Positions 1 to 8,311 of a stretch of DNA of 64,000 nucleotides are shown piece by piece; the first letter of the stretch is position 1; each line of letters opens with the position of its first letter. A program made the position numbers and the translations under genes. The DNA is from Nitrospira sp. (GTDB lineage: Bacteria; Nitrospirota; Thermodesulfovibrionia; UBA6902): contig JADHUV010000004.1 of assembly GCA_016784355.1 (NCBI GenBank), positions 48,201 through 112,200 on the forward strand, given 5' to 3'. The notes under the pieces were generated by a model, which searched no databases, was not told the origin of the DNA, and was given only the letters and a program-made list of their open reading frames with translations.

Positions 1-810
1 ATTCATCTCACGGATAGATCTGTATACCTTTACCTTTTCATCGCGTATGTGATTTGCCGCCATCCCCGCGGGCGGTTCCATTGCTACAAGTGCCAGCAGC
101 TGCATCATGTGATTTTGCATTATATCTCTTATTACACCTGACTGTTCATAAAACTTCCCCCGATTTTCAATGCCGATGGTCTCTGAAACCGTTATCTGGA
201 TATGATCGATATAACTTCTGTTCCAGAGCGGCTCAAAGATACTGTTGGCAAAGCGGAAGTACAGGATATTCTGAACGGTTTCCTTGCCCAGATAATGATC
301 TATCCTGTATATTTGTGATTCATCAAAGACCTCAGATATCATGGTGTTCAGGCTTGCGGCAGTGGCTTGGTCGCGCCCGAAGGGCTTTTCAATGATTATC
401 CTGGTATCGGCCTTTCCGGTCTGCTCTGTGCAGATAGAAATGTACTGCATAATATCCGGCAAAAAAGACGGGGGCACGGCCAGATAATAAATGATATTGG
501 CCTCGCTGCCGAAGCTTACCTTATTTATTTGCTCCGCAAGGTCTCTGTAACCTTTCTCATGGTCAAACCTGCCCGAGACATAATGCAGATTACGGCTGAA
601 TTTATCCCAACAGGCTGATTCAAGGGATTCATCGCCGAATTCTTCAAGCGAGGCCTTCACCAGTTCCCTGTAATCTTCTTCTGACCTCTCGGTTGATGCG
701 AAACTGATAATAGAGAACTTTTCAGGAAGATTTTGATCATGACAGAGGTGAAACAGCGTAGGCAGGAGTTTGCGCCTGCTGAGGTCTCCGGAACCGCCGA
801 ATATAACCAT
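1..810 (-). CDS. zwf: Glucose-6-phosphate dehydrogenase, N-terminal 270 codons; the gene continues past the window start
   Basis: The minus-strand reading frame is open from 810 to the window edge. It translates to MVIFGGSGDLSRRKLLPTL, then EKPFGRD, then RIDHYLGKE, which are classic G6PDH motifs. The ORF track lacks it because there is no stop inside the window. Confidence 0.85.
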   Translation of the reverse strand, partial: MVIFGGSGDLSRRKLLPTLFHLCHDQNLPEKFSIISFASTERSEEDYRELVKASLEEFGDESLESACWDKFSRNLHYVSGRFDHEKGYRDLAEQINKVSFGSEANIIYYLAVPPSFLPDIMQYISICTEQTGKADTRIIIEKPFGRDQATAASLNTMISEVFDESQIYRIDHYLGKETVQNILYFRFANSIFEPLWNRSYIDHIQITVSETIGIENRGKFYEQSGVIRDIMQNHMMQLLALVAMEPPAGMAANHIRDEKVKVYRSIREMN

Positions 811-914
811 GGTAAAGGGTTTTATGTCATACCGCTCACGCGTTATCTGACAGGCCCCTGATAAATCATCTGCCGTATTATCTTCCTGATAGTTTGCGGA
901 CATTATATCTCCGG

Positions 915-1817
915 TCAGTCGTGTTTTTTTACTGCATGCCCGCCGAACTCGTTTCTCAGGGCAGCGATCATCTTGGCGCTGAAGGATTCCTCCTGCCTCG
1001 AACGGAACCTCTGCAGCAGGGACGTGGTAATCACCGGCGCAGGGATATTCTGCTCAATAGCCTCTGCAACGGTCCATCGCCCCTCACCTGAATCTTCTAC
1101 ATAACCTCGAATAGATTCCAGTCCCGGTTCTTTTTCAAAAGCACTTTCAGCAAGTTCAAGCAGCCAGGAGCGTACGACACTCCCCTGATTCCACAGGTGT
1201 GATATTGCTTGCAGGTCCAGGTTAAATTCCTTTTTCCCGTTCATGATCTCAAAACCCTCTGCATAGGCCTGCAGCATTGCATACTCAATTCCGTTATGGA
1301 CCATTTTTACAAAATGCCCGGCTCCATTAGGCCCTACCAGTTTACAGCCGTCTTCAGGGGCCATGGTTTTTAAGATCGGGAAGACCTTCTCATATATCTC
1401 CTGCTCTCCCCCTGCCATCATACAGTAGCCGACTTTCAGTCCCCATATGCCGCCGCTTGTACCGATATCAAGAAATGCTATGCCCAGCTCTTTTAAAAAC
1501 GCCGCATGTCTTATGGAATCTTTATAAAAAGTGTTTCCGCCATCTATTAATATATCACCTTTTTCAAGCATGGCTGCAACTGCTTCCAGTGTCTCATCCG
1601 TAGCCTTTCCGGATGGGACCATTAGCCATACAATGCGTGGAGACTCCAGTCTGTTGACAAGATCCTGAAGTGAAGATGCGCCCTCAGCACCCTTAGCAAC
1701 GGCCTGCTGAACTGTCGCCGGAGTGCGTGCATATGCGACAACCTCATGCCCGCCTGAGACCAGGCGTTCAACCATGTTCATTCCCATTTTCCCTAAACCA
1801 ATCAGCCCAAGTTTCAT
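915..1817 (-). CDS. gnd: 6-phosphogluconate dehydrogenase, short decarboxylating GndA/YqeC type
   Basis: 300-aa ORF with an N-terminal Rossmann motif, LIGLGKMG. It lies immediately upstream of zwf on the same strand. Confidence 0.85.
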   Translation of the reverse strand: MKLGLIGLGKMGMNMVERLVSGGHEVVAYARTPATVQQAVAKGAEGASSLQDLVNRLESPRIVWLMVPSGKATDETLEAVAAMLEKGDILIDGGNTFYKDSIRHAAFLKELGIAFLDIGTSGGIWGLKVGYCMMAGGEQEIYEKVFPILKTMAPEDGCKLVGPNGAGHFVKMVHNGIEYAMLQAYAEGFEIMNGKKEFNLDLQAISHLWNQGSVVRSWLLELAESAFEKEPGLESIRGYVEDSGEGRWTVAEAIEQNIPAPVITTSLLQRFRSRQEESFSAKMIAALRNEFGGHAVKKHD

Positions 1818-1990
1818 AGCATGCTCCTGACAATACCTTTAATTTAGAGACATTCAATAGCCTGATAGAGATTATGACAGATAATGTATGAAATTCAAAG
1901 GAAAATAATTATGCTCTTCTGTCGAGCGGAGTCTTGCCCATAAATTAGAGCCTTATACCGATAAAAGCTGAAATAGATTTTACTTTTACG

Positions 1991-2368
1991 TTGTTTCATG
2001 TTATTGTTTCTGCAATGTATATACGCAAGTTCACAATAAGTATACTTTTTATCGCAGTCGTATTTTTCATGCTGGCCATGGCCCCGGCACCCCAGGTGGT
2101 AAAGACGGATCGGGACAGCATTATGCGGGGGAAAAAGATATTCGCCCAGAAATGCAGCAGGTGCCATGACCCCCTCAGTTATGAATACATAAAGGGCCCC
2201 GGTTTAAAGAAGGTGATGAAAAAAGCTAATCTGCCAGTAAGCGGCAGGGCTGCTACACCGGCCAACATTGCAAGACAGCTCTCCAGTGCATACAGAGATA
2301 TGCCGTCTTTCAGGGATCTTTTACCGGAAGAAGTTACGTCCATTATTGCCTACCTCAATACACTATAG
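1991..2368 (+). CDS. Small secreted monohaem c-type cytochrome; the real start is probably a later Met
   Basis: Hydrophobic N-terminus followed by a single CSRCH haem-binding motif. Confidence 0.65.
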   Translation: MFHVIVSAMYIRKFTISILFIAVVFFMLAMAPAPQVVKTDRDSIMRGKKIFAQKCSRCHDPLSYEYIKGPGLKKVMKKANLPVSGRAATPANIARQLSSAYRDMPSFRDLLPEEVTSIIAYLNTL

Positions 2369-2550
2369 TCATTAAGACTGCACCGGATATTCTCAACTTT
2401 TGATGTCTCCAAGTAGCGGACTGAAGCAGACAGGCATGGTTTGGCGTTGATTTTTCGGTCAGGTTGTGATATAAAAATAGTCTCTTTGCCCTTGCTAAAG
2501 AAGCATGGGCTATCCTTTTTCATTAGTAAAAGGACAACTCAAACGGAGGT

Positions 2551-2988
2551 ATGAGCATGAATTATTACGAGATGATCGTGATAATCGATTCCAGACTTGA
2601 TGACAGTGCAGCACAAGAGACTGTTACAAAGATGGGAGAGGTTATAACGCAGCTGGGTGGTGAAATCTTCAAGACTGAAAATTGGGGACACCGCAAACTT
2701 GCATATGAGCTTAATAAGCACCAGAAGGGTAATTACTTTCTTCTGCAATTTAAGACCCCCCCCGAGACAATAGCAAAACTCGAAAGGTTCACCAAGATAA
2801 CAGATGCCGTCATTAAAATGATGGTCGTCAGGCTGGTCAAAAAACAGCAGATAGACGCAATTTTGCCGAAGGCTCCCGAGGCGGTAGCGGAACCGACTCC
2901 GACTGATGAAGTACCGGAGACCTCACAGGAAACTGTAAGTGTGGATGCGGGTGCTGATGCTGGTGTGCCTGCTCCAGAGGAAGGGTAG
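2551..2988 (+). CDS. rpsF: 30S ribosomal protein S6
   Basis: NYYEMIVII...WGHRKLAY motif with an acidic C-terminal tail. It is first in an S6-SSB-S18 arrangement. Confidence 0.9.
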   Translation: MSMNYYEMIVIIDSRLDDSAAQETVTKMGEVITQLGGEIFKTENWGHRKLAYELNKHQKGNYFLLQFKTPPETIAKLERFTKITDAVIKMMVVRLVKKQQIDAILPKAPEAVAEPTPTDEVPETSQETVSVDAGADAGVPAPEEG

Positions 2989-2991
2989 ACA

Positions 2992-3399
2992 ATGTTTAAC
3001 AAGGTTATTCTTATGGGCAATCTTACGAGAGATCCGGAGATGAGATACTCGCCGCAGGGTACCTCTGTATGCAAATTCTCTATCGCCATAAATCGCAAGT
3101 TCAGGCAAGGTGAGGAGTTTAAGGAAGAAGTAACCTTTGTAAATATAGTCGTGTTCGGCAAGCAGGCTGACAATTCTGGTAAGTACCTGAATAAAGGAAG
3201 TAGTGTACTTATAGAAGGCAGGCTGCAGGAAAACAAGTGGGAGACCGAGGACGGTCAGAAGCGGAGCAGGATGGAGGTTGTCGCTCAGGATGTCAGGTTT
3301 ATGTCACAGAAGAATCAGAGCACGTCATCAGGTTCAGGCATTTCTGAAGGGGATATGACTATCCCGCCTCAGGAGACAACTGATATAGAGCCGTTTTAA
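2992..3399 (+). CDS. ssb: Single-stranded DNA-binding protein
   Basis: N-terminus VILMGNLTRDPEMRY and an acidic C-terminal tail DIEPF. Confidence 0.9.
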   Translation: MFNKVILMGNLTRDPEMRYSPQGTSVCKFSIAINRKFRQGEEFKEEVTFVNIVVFGKQADNSGKYLNKGSSVLIEGRLQENKWETEDGQKRSRMEVVAQDVRFMSQKNQSTSSGSGISEGDMTIPPQETTDIEPF

Positions 3400-3429
3400 C
3401 TAATTCACGAAAATATAAGGAGTATACAA

Positions 3430-3654
3430 TTGCAATATAGAAGATTTCAGAGAAAAAAATTTTGCAGGTTCTGTGCTAATAAAGTAGAGGTTATTGATTA
3501 CAAGGATATTAAAACTTTGAGGCATTATCTTACTGACAGGGGTAAAATGGTTGCCGGACGTATGACAGGTAACTGTGCCAAGCATCAGAGGGCGTTGACC
3601 AGGGCCATAAAGCGGGCTCGTAACATAGCACTGCTGCCGTTTGTAGAAAAATAA
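3430..3654 (+). CDS. rpsR: 30S ribosomal protein S18
   Basis: FCRFC...IDYKD...[10 protein letters not shown] motif typical of S18. Confidence 0.9.
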   Translation: MQYRRFQRKKFCRFCANKVEVIDYKDIKTLRHYLTDRGKMVAGRMTGNCAKHQRALTRAIKRARNIALLPFVEK

Positions 3655-3935
3655 TGAGAATTCCTCAGACATGGCTGCCGATAATGGCAAAAGAGATTAT
3701 CAAGAGCCTTATTGCGCGCAAACTTGTTGAGTGCAACGAGTCTGAGGATCACGTTATCAGTATGCTGCAGGAGATCATGCTGCAGGAGCTTATGGTAGAG
3801 GATACGCTCAATGATGAAGTAAGAGAGATGCTTCAGCAGTATGATGCTGAGATAGAAAAGGGGCACCTTGATTACCGCAGTCTTTTTGAAATGACAAAAA
3901 AGAAGTTGATCCGGGACAGGAATATCATAGTATGA
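3654..3935 (+). CDS. DUF507-like small protein
   Basis: Charged 93-aa protein, paired with a similar downstream ORF. The DUF507 assignment is from memory. Confidence 0.5.
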   Translation: MRIPQTWLPIMAKEIIKSLIARKLVECNESEDHVISMLQEIMLQELMVEDTLNDEVREMLQQYDAEIEKGHLDYRSLFEMTKKKLIRDRNIIV

Positions 3936-4210
3936 AACTTTCTGATGATAAGATAAGTCATATGGCTCATATTTCATTGAAGGCGCTAAAAGAAAAGGAT
4001 GCTTTAAAGCTTTTGGCCGAAGACAGTGAGGTAAGACGTGAGATAAAGCGGATCATTGTTAAGGAACTAAGGCTGGCCGAGGACATTGATGAGGTGGTTC
4101 AGAAAAAGCTGCAGTCCTACTCAAAAAAGATTTATGAAGGAACAAATGAGTGGGATATAATGTATAACAAGCTGTTTGAGGAAGAATCCTCAAAAAAGGG
4201 CAGGGGATAG
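3932..4210 (+). CDS. DUF507-like small protein, second copy
   Basis: 92-aa charged protein whose start overlaps the end of the previous ORF. Confidence 0.5.
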   Translation: MKLSDDKISHMAHISLKALKEKDALKLLAEDSEVRREIKRIIVKELRLAEDIDEVVQKKLQSYSKKIYEGTNEWDIMYNKLFEEESSKKGRG

Positions 4211-4254
4211 GATTTTACAGAAATTTGCCTGCTACATGAAGTAACCTTATAACA

Positions 4255-4282
4255 GGGCCTTGCAAAAGGCCCTTTATTTTTT
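4255..4282 (+). terminator. Rho-independent terminator after the ribosomal/DUF507 operon
   Basis: Hairpin GGGCCTTGCAAAAGGCCC followed by a T-rich run, TTTATTTTTT. Confidence 0.7.
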
Positions 4283-4290
4283 ATATTGCC

Positions 4291-5361
4291 ATGAATAACA
4301 GTATAGCCTGCTTCATCTCACCCCATGGATTTGGTCATGCGGCGCGCTTAACGGCCATAATGGAGGCCCTTCGTCGGTTAGACCCTTCGATAAGATTTGA
4401 GATTTTTACCCTTGTACCATGCTGGTTTTTTGCATCGGCAGAGATCGGGGAGTTTGGCTATCATGAGACACTCACAGATATAGGCCTTGTACAGGACTCT
4501 CCCTATCATGAGGACTTATCCGCTACCGTTAAAAAACTAGAGGTTTTCATGCCGTTTGATCCTGTTGTTGTGAAGGGTCTGGCTGATAAACTGCGTTTGT
4601 CCGGGTGTCGTCTTGCGCTGTGCGATATCTCGCCTTTAGGAATTGCGGCGGCGGCAGAGGCCGGGATCCCTTCAGTATTAATTTCCAACTTTACTTGGGA
4701 CTGGATATATGAGGGGTACGAAGATGGCGGACTTCTTCCCTATGTAAAGCAAATGAAGGAGTGGTTTGACCGTGCAGATTATTATATCCTGGCTGAACCT
4801 TACTGCGAGGCGCAGCCGGCCGATATAATTGTCCCACCCGTGAGCCGCAGTTTTAAGGCCGGTGCAGGTTATATCAGGGAGCGGCTCGGCAGTCCTGCTG
4901 ATGCAAAGGCAGTTATGATAACGATGGGCGGTTTTCAGGATGACTATGGTTTTTATGATATGATCAGCGATTATCCTGATATATACTTTGTTATACCTGC
5001 TGATAAGCCTGGCTCAATGCCCCTGTCAAACTTGATTACTCTCCCTTTTCACTCTGACCTGCATCATCCTGATCTGGTTAATGCAGTGGATGCTGTAGTC
5101 TGTAAGCTCGGCTATAGCACACTTGCGGAGATATATCATGCGGGTGTGCCATACGGCTATATCACCCGCCCCGCTTTCCGTGAGTCAGCAAAATTACAGG
5201 AGTATGTGGAGAAGCAGATGAACTGTATGCAGATAGATCTGAAGGAGTTTAAAAGCGGCGGGTGGCTCAGACAGGTGCGCAATCTTGTGAAAATGCCCCG
5301 GATTCAAAGGGATGTGCGCAACGGAGCAGATCAGGCGGCAGAGTTTATCAGCCGTATCTGA
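4291..5361 (+). CDS. Glycosyltransferase, MurG/UDP-glycosyltransferase-like GT-B fold
   Basis: N-terminal HGFGHAARL motif. 356 aa. Confidence 0.55.
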   Translation: MNNSIACFISPHGFGHAARLTAIMEALRRLDPSIRFEIFTLVPCWFFASAEIGEFGYHETLTDIGLVQDSPYHEDLSATVKKLEVFMPFDPVVVKGLADKLRLSGCRLALCDISPLGIAAAAEAGIPSVLISNFTWDWIYEGYEDGGLLPYVKQMKEWFDRADYYILAEPYCEAQPADIIVPPVSRSFKAGAGYIRERLGSPADAKAVMITMGGFQDDYGFYDMISDYPDIYFVIPADKPGSMPLSNLITLPFHSDLHHPDLVNAVDAVVCKLGYSTLAEIYHAGVPYGYITRPAFRESAKLQEYVEKQMNCMQIDLKEFKSGGWLRQVRNLVKMPRIQRDVRNGADQAAEFISRI

Positions 5362-5398
5362 GGTTTCCAGACATTAAATTTTTAATCCCCGCATTTAT

Positions 5399-5678
5399 AT
5401 GATTTACAGAACCATCTATGATTATACGGCTATGGCTCTTAGTGGAATACATACTTTTGCAGAGCCTGCCTTCCGGGATGGTTTTGACATAAAACAGCTG
5501 ACTGCTTTCATGATTAATGTCATCATATATCTTCGGTTTAGTCAGCGATCCTCTCGCGACGCTTAAGTGTGCCAATGAGATGAGACGACGCGGGCTTGGT
5601 GAGGATTTAATCAAAAAGGTTTTTTATAATAACCCTGCCGGTTTCCTCGGCCAGAGTCCGAAATTTCAGGCGAGTTGA
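5399..5678 (+). pseudogene. Remnant of an amidohydrolase-family gene; only about 90 C-terminal codons remain, in two overlapping frames
   Basis: C-terminal-type motif LIKKVFYNNPAGFLG. No plausible full-length ORF exists here. Confidence 0.25.
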
Positions 5679-5706
5679 TTTTTTTCAAAGAGACGGTTAT
5701 TAATGC

Positions 5707-6069
5707 TTAAATAGTTTTAGCAAACTCCTCTATCAGACGCAGCGTCCTGCCGAAATCCTCTCTGGCCACTTCATTTATAATGACCAGTCCAAGTATGCAG
5801 CCGCCGGCGAAGACGGTAAAAAAAGCCTGTTCCTGGTGATCAAAATTCAATGACTCTATATAGCCGGTCATTAACTCTACATCCAGCTCACTAGGATCGT
5901 CGACTTCTGACATCTGTTCTCTTCCCAGTTCCATAAGCTGCATCGCAAGGTCCTGAGGGGAGAGATCATTATCGAGTTCTTCAAGATTCTTCATGATAGT
6001 ACGGAAATCAGGAAGCAGGGTTGTGCAGAAGTTATGTACTATTTCATTAGGCATGGCGTGCGAATTCAT
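5707..6069 (-). CDS. Hypothetical protein
   Basis: 120-aa ORF with no recognisable motif. Confidence 0.4.
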   Translation of the reverse strand: MNSHAMPNEIVHNFCTTLLPDFRTIMKNLEELDNDLSPQDLAMQLMELGREQMSEVDDPSELDVELMTGYIESLNFDHQEQAFFTVFAGGCILGLVIINEVAREDFGRTLRLIEEFAKTI

Positions 6070-6101
6070 TTTCTTGTTCTCCTGTAAATATGTTATGCCC
6101 T

Positions 6102-6413
6102 CTAAAACATCCCTCTACTGTGTTCATCATCATGACAATGCACACAGAGATTTTCCCAGTTAGAACCATCGGGCGGATTATTCTGATGATCTCCATCTTT
6201 GTGGTGTACAGTTAGAAGTGTCAAATTATCAGGCTCAAATTCCCTTCCGCATTTCGCGCATATAAGTCCATGGATTTTTAGGGACTTTGCACGATAGTCA
6301 CTCTTTGGAGGCCCACCCTGTGTCAATGCCTTCACAATATCCGCAACTGACCGGGAATCGCTGTTATCTGTTGACGGCTTCTTAACGACTTTGAATGGTT
6401 TATTGTTTCGCAT
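6102..6413 (-). CDS. HNH endonuclease, YajD-like
   Basis: Zinc-finger pair CAKCG...HHKDGDHQNN...CVHCHDDEH. Confidence 0.7.
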   Translation of the reverse strand: MRNNKPFKVVKKPSTDNSDSRSVADIVKALTQGGPPKSDYRAKSLKIHGLICAKCGREFEPDNLTLLTVHHKDGDHQNNPPDGSNWENLCVHCHDDEHSRGMF

Positions 6414-6499
6414 ATTGTTCTATAGCATAGGTGTCAACAGGGCATCAGGTCAAGGGGTATTATATTCAGGAGTTCCCCCAATTTTCGGTTCTTTGTCGT

Positions 6500-6523
6500 C
6501 ATTCCCGCGAAGGCGGGAATTCA
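6500..6523. repeat. Inverted copy of the 24-nt core (CGTCATTCCCGCGAAGGCGGGAAT) of the 6840-7060 repeat
   Basis: It is the exact reverse complement of ATTCCCGCCTTCGCGGGAATGACG found in the tandem units. Confidence 0.8.
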
Positions 6524-6529
6524 ATCTTC

Positions 6530-6823
6530 TTACATTGTCAAGCTATCATATAAGTCCGCCCATTCAGGGTTATGTTCCTCAATAAGCCTGAGCTTCCATA
6601 CCCGATTCCATTTTTTCATTTGTCTTTCCCTCAGTAACGCTGTCTCGGTATCTCGTGCTATCTCATAGTAAACGAGCCGGTATATCCCATATTTCTTTGT
6701 GAAACCATCGACTTGGCCGTTTTTATTTTCATAAACCCGTTTCATTAGATTCGAGGTTACACCTATATACAAAGTCCCTCTTCTTTGGCTGGCCATGATG
6801 TAAATGTAAAAGTTCTCTTTCAT
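6530..6823 (-). CDS. GIY-YIG domain nuclease, UPF0213-like small protein
   Basis: YIYIMASQRRGTLYIGVTSNLMKRVYEN matches the GIY-YIG N-terminal motif. Confidence 0.75.
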   Translation of the reverse strand: MKENFYIYIMASQRRGTLYIGVTSNLMKRVYENKNGQVDGFTKKYGIYRLVYYEIARDTETALLRERQMKKWNRVWKLRLIEEHNPEWADLYDSLTM

Positions 6824-6839
6824 ATTCCTGATGATATAG

Positions 6840-7060
6840 CAATAATGGATTCCCGCCTTCGCGGGAATGACGCAATAATTACCGTGCTGACATCAGAGAG
6901 TAAAAGTGGTTTCCCGCCTTCTCGGGAATGACGCAACAATTACCATGCCGACATCAGAGAGTAAAAATGGTTTCCCTCCTTCGCGGGAATGACGCAACAA
7001 TTACCGTGCCGACATCAGAGAGTAATAATGGATTCCCTCCTTCGCGGGAATGACGGCTTA
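6840..7060. repeat. Tandem repeat of roughly 62 bp, about 3.6 copies. Each copy carries the palindrome TTCCCGC-CTTC-GCGGGAA.
   Basis: Direct reading: the units at about 6848, 6910, 6972 and 7034 are near-identical over their full length. Confidence 0.85.
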
Positions 7061-7239
7061 TATTAGCTCTTTGCCTGCAAAAAGTTCCCCCATTTTTCTA
7101 AAAAAGACCAACGACCACTTGATAGCATCCGTTTCCCTTTATCTCTTATAGTCTTATCTTCAGACGAACACTATTTCTGGGGGAACTCCTGGTATTATAT
7201 TCGGAATGATTAGGCGGTCAAGATTTCGTAGTAGTATTT

Positions 7240-7536
7240 CTATTCATGTAAGCTGGTTCGGCAATGTCTGCATATGCGTTTATTAATATCTCTGCCAAGA
7301 TACTTTTTGCATGCGGGGCATCTCCAGTTCAAGGCGGTAAAATTAATAAAGGCAACTATTACAACCAGTTGAGCTACAGATATAGTGTGTCCTGTGTACT
7401 CTCCAAAAATATCCGGATGTTTATACACCACGGCCAGCAGTACTATAAGAAGAAGTGTTATAGCTATAGCAAATATTTGGCGCCTCTGGCGGATCAGGAA
7501 TTCATTCATAATTATGTTTTCATTCTTTGTTTTCAT
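7240..7536 (-). CDS. Small membrane protein with a C-terminal zinc-ribbon-like CxxC...CxxC
   Basis: One transmembrane stretch, then CPACKK...CRHC. Confidence 0.35.
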   Translation of the reverse strand: MKTKNENIIMNEFLIRQRRQIFAIAITLLLIVLLAVVYKHPDIFGEYTGHTISVAQLVVIVAFINFTALNWRCPACKKYLGRDINKRICRHCRTSLHE

Positions 7537-7830
7537 GCTTGCTATTATAATATCCCCGGTGAATCTTTTGTTGACAGGTATGGATTCAAGCTGAATTTAA
7601 AATAAGTTCACACTCTGTGAGGGTTTACGTTTAAAAGAAAAGTGCCTCTGGATTTAGTGTGATAGTCACTGAAAGCGTATACAATCGGCCTTCCTGTCTG
7701 GCTGTTTAAGCCGCTTCTGAATCCTTCTTTCACATCTGACCAAGACAGGATTTAAGAAAGAAACCTTAAATATGAAGTCTTTTATCTCAGAACTCTTTGT
7801 GGCCTCTGTGGTTTAATCATTTTTTTCAGA

Positions 7831-8301
7831 TTAATCCATATCTCTGATTCGTAGCCCAAGTTCCTTTTCCGCATGTTCACTGCCGTTTTCTGCGGCAACT
7901 TTCAGCCACGACAGCGCTTCCTGCTCATTAATATCAGTCCCGAGACCGAGAGAATAAATCTGATACATCATGAACTGGGCATGTGGGTGGTCTTGTTGGG
8001 CGGCCAGGCGATAAAGGTTTCGTGCTTTTTCGAAGTCTTGCGCCACATAATTGCCCATAAGATACAACTCGGCCAATAGTACATGGCCGGAGGCAATATT
8101 ATCATTGGAACTTCTTGAACACCAGTAAAATGCCTGTTCGTAATTCGGGCCCCTTGAAATATTTCCATAACTGTATTCATGACAGAAATTCTGCGTTAAA
8201 AAGCTGCTGTTCCGGATGTCCATATGTGTATTCTTCAGGCCGCATCCCGTCAGGATGAAAGCCAGCAAGGCCATACAGATAAGATATTTTTTAATATACA
8301 T
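7831..8301 (-). CDS. Sel1/TPR-repeat lipoprotein
   Basis: Lipobox LTGCG, and Sel1-like repeats of the form HAQFMMYQIY...G. Confidence 0.55.
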   Translation of the reverse strand: MYIKKYLICMALLAFILTGCGLKNTHMDIRNSSFLTQNFCHEYSYGNISRGPNYEQAFYWCSRSSNDNIASGHVLLAELYLMGNYVAQDFEKARNLYRLAAQQDHPHAQFMMYQIYSLGLGTDINEQEALSWLKVAAENGSEHAEKELGLRIRDMD

Positions 8302-8311
8302 AAATCACTCC

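Noticed and set aside
54-618. Track ORFs 54..395 and 367..618 on the plus strand
   Set aside because: They lie antisense to a clear zwf reading frame that spans 1-810 on the minus strand. They are therefore spurious.
6840-7060. Units of 62 bp containing a palindrome, as a possible CRISPR
   Set aside because: The full unit repeats, so there are no variable spacers. With only 3.6 copies this is a tandem duplication of a REP-like hairpin.
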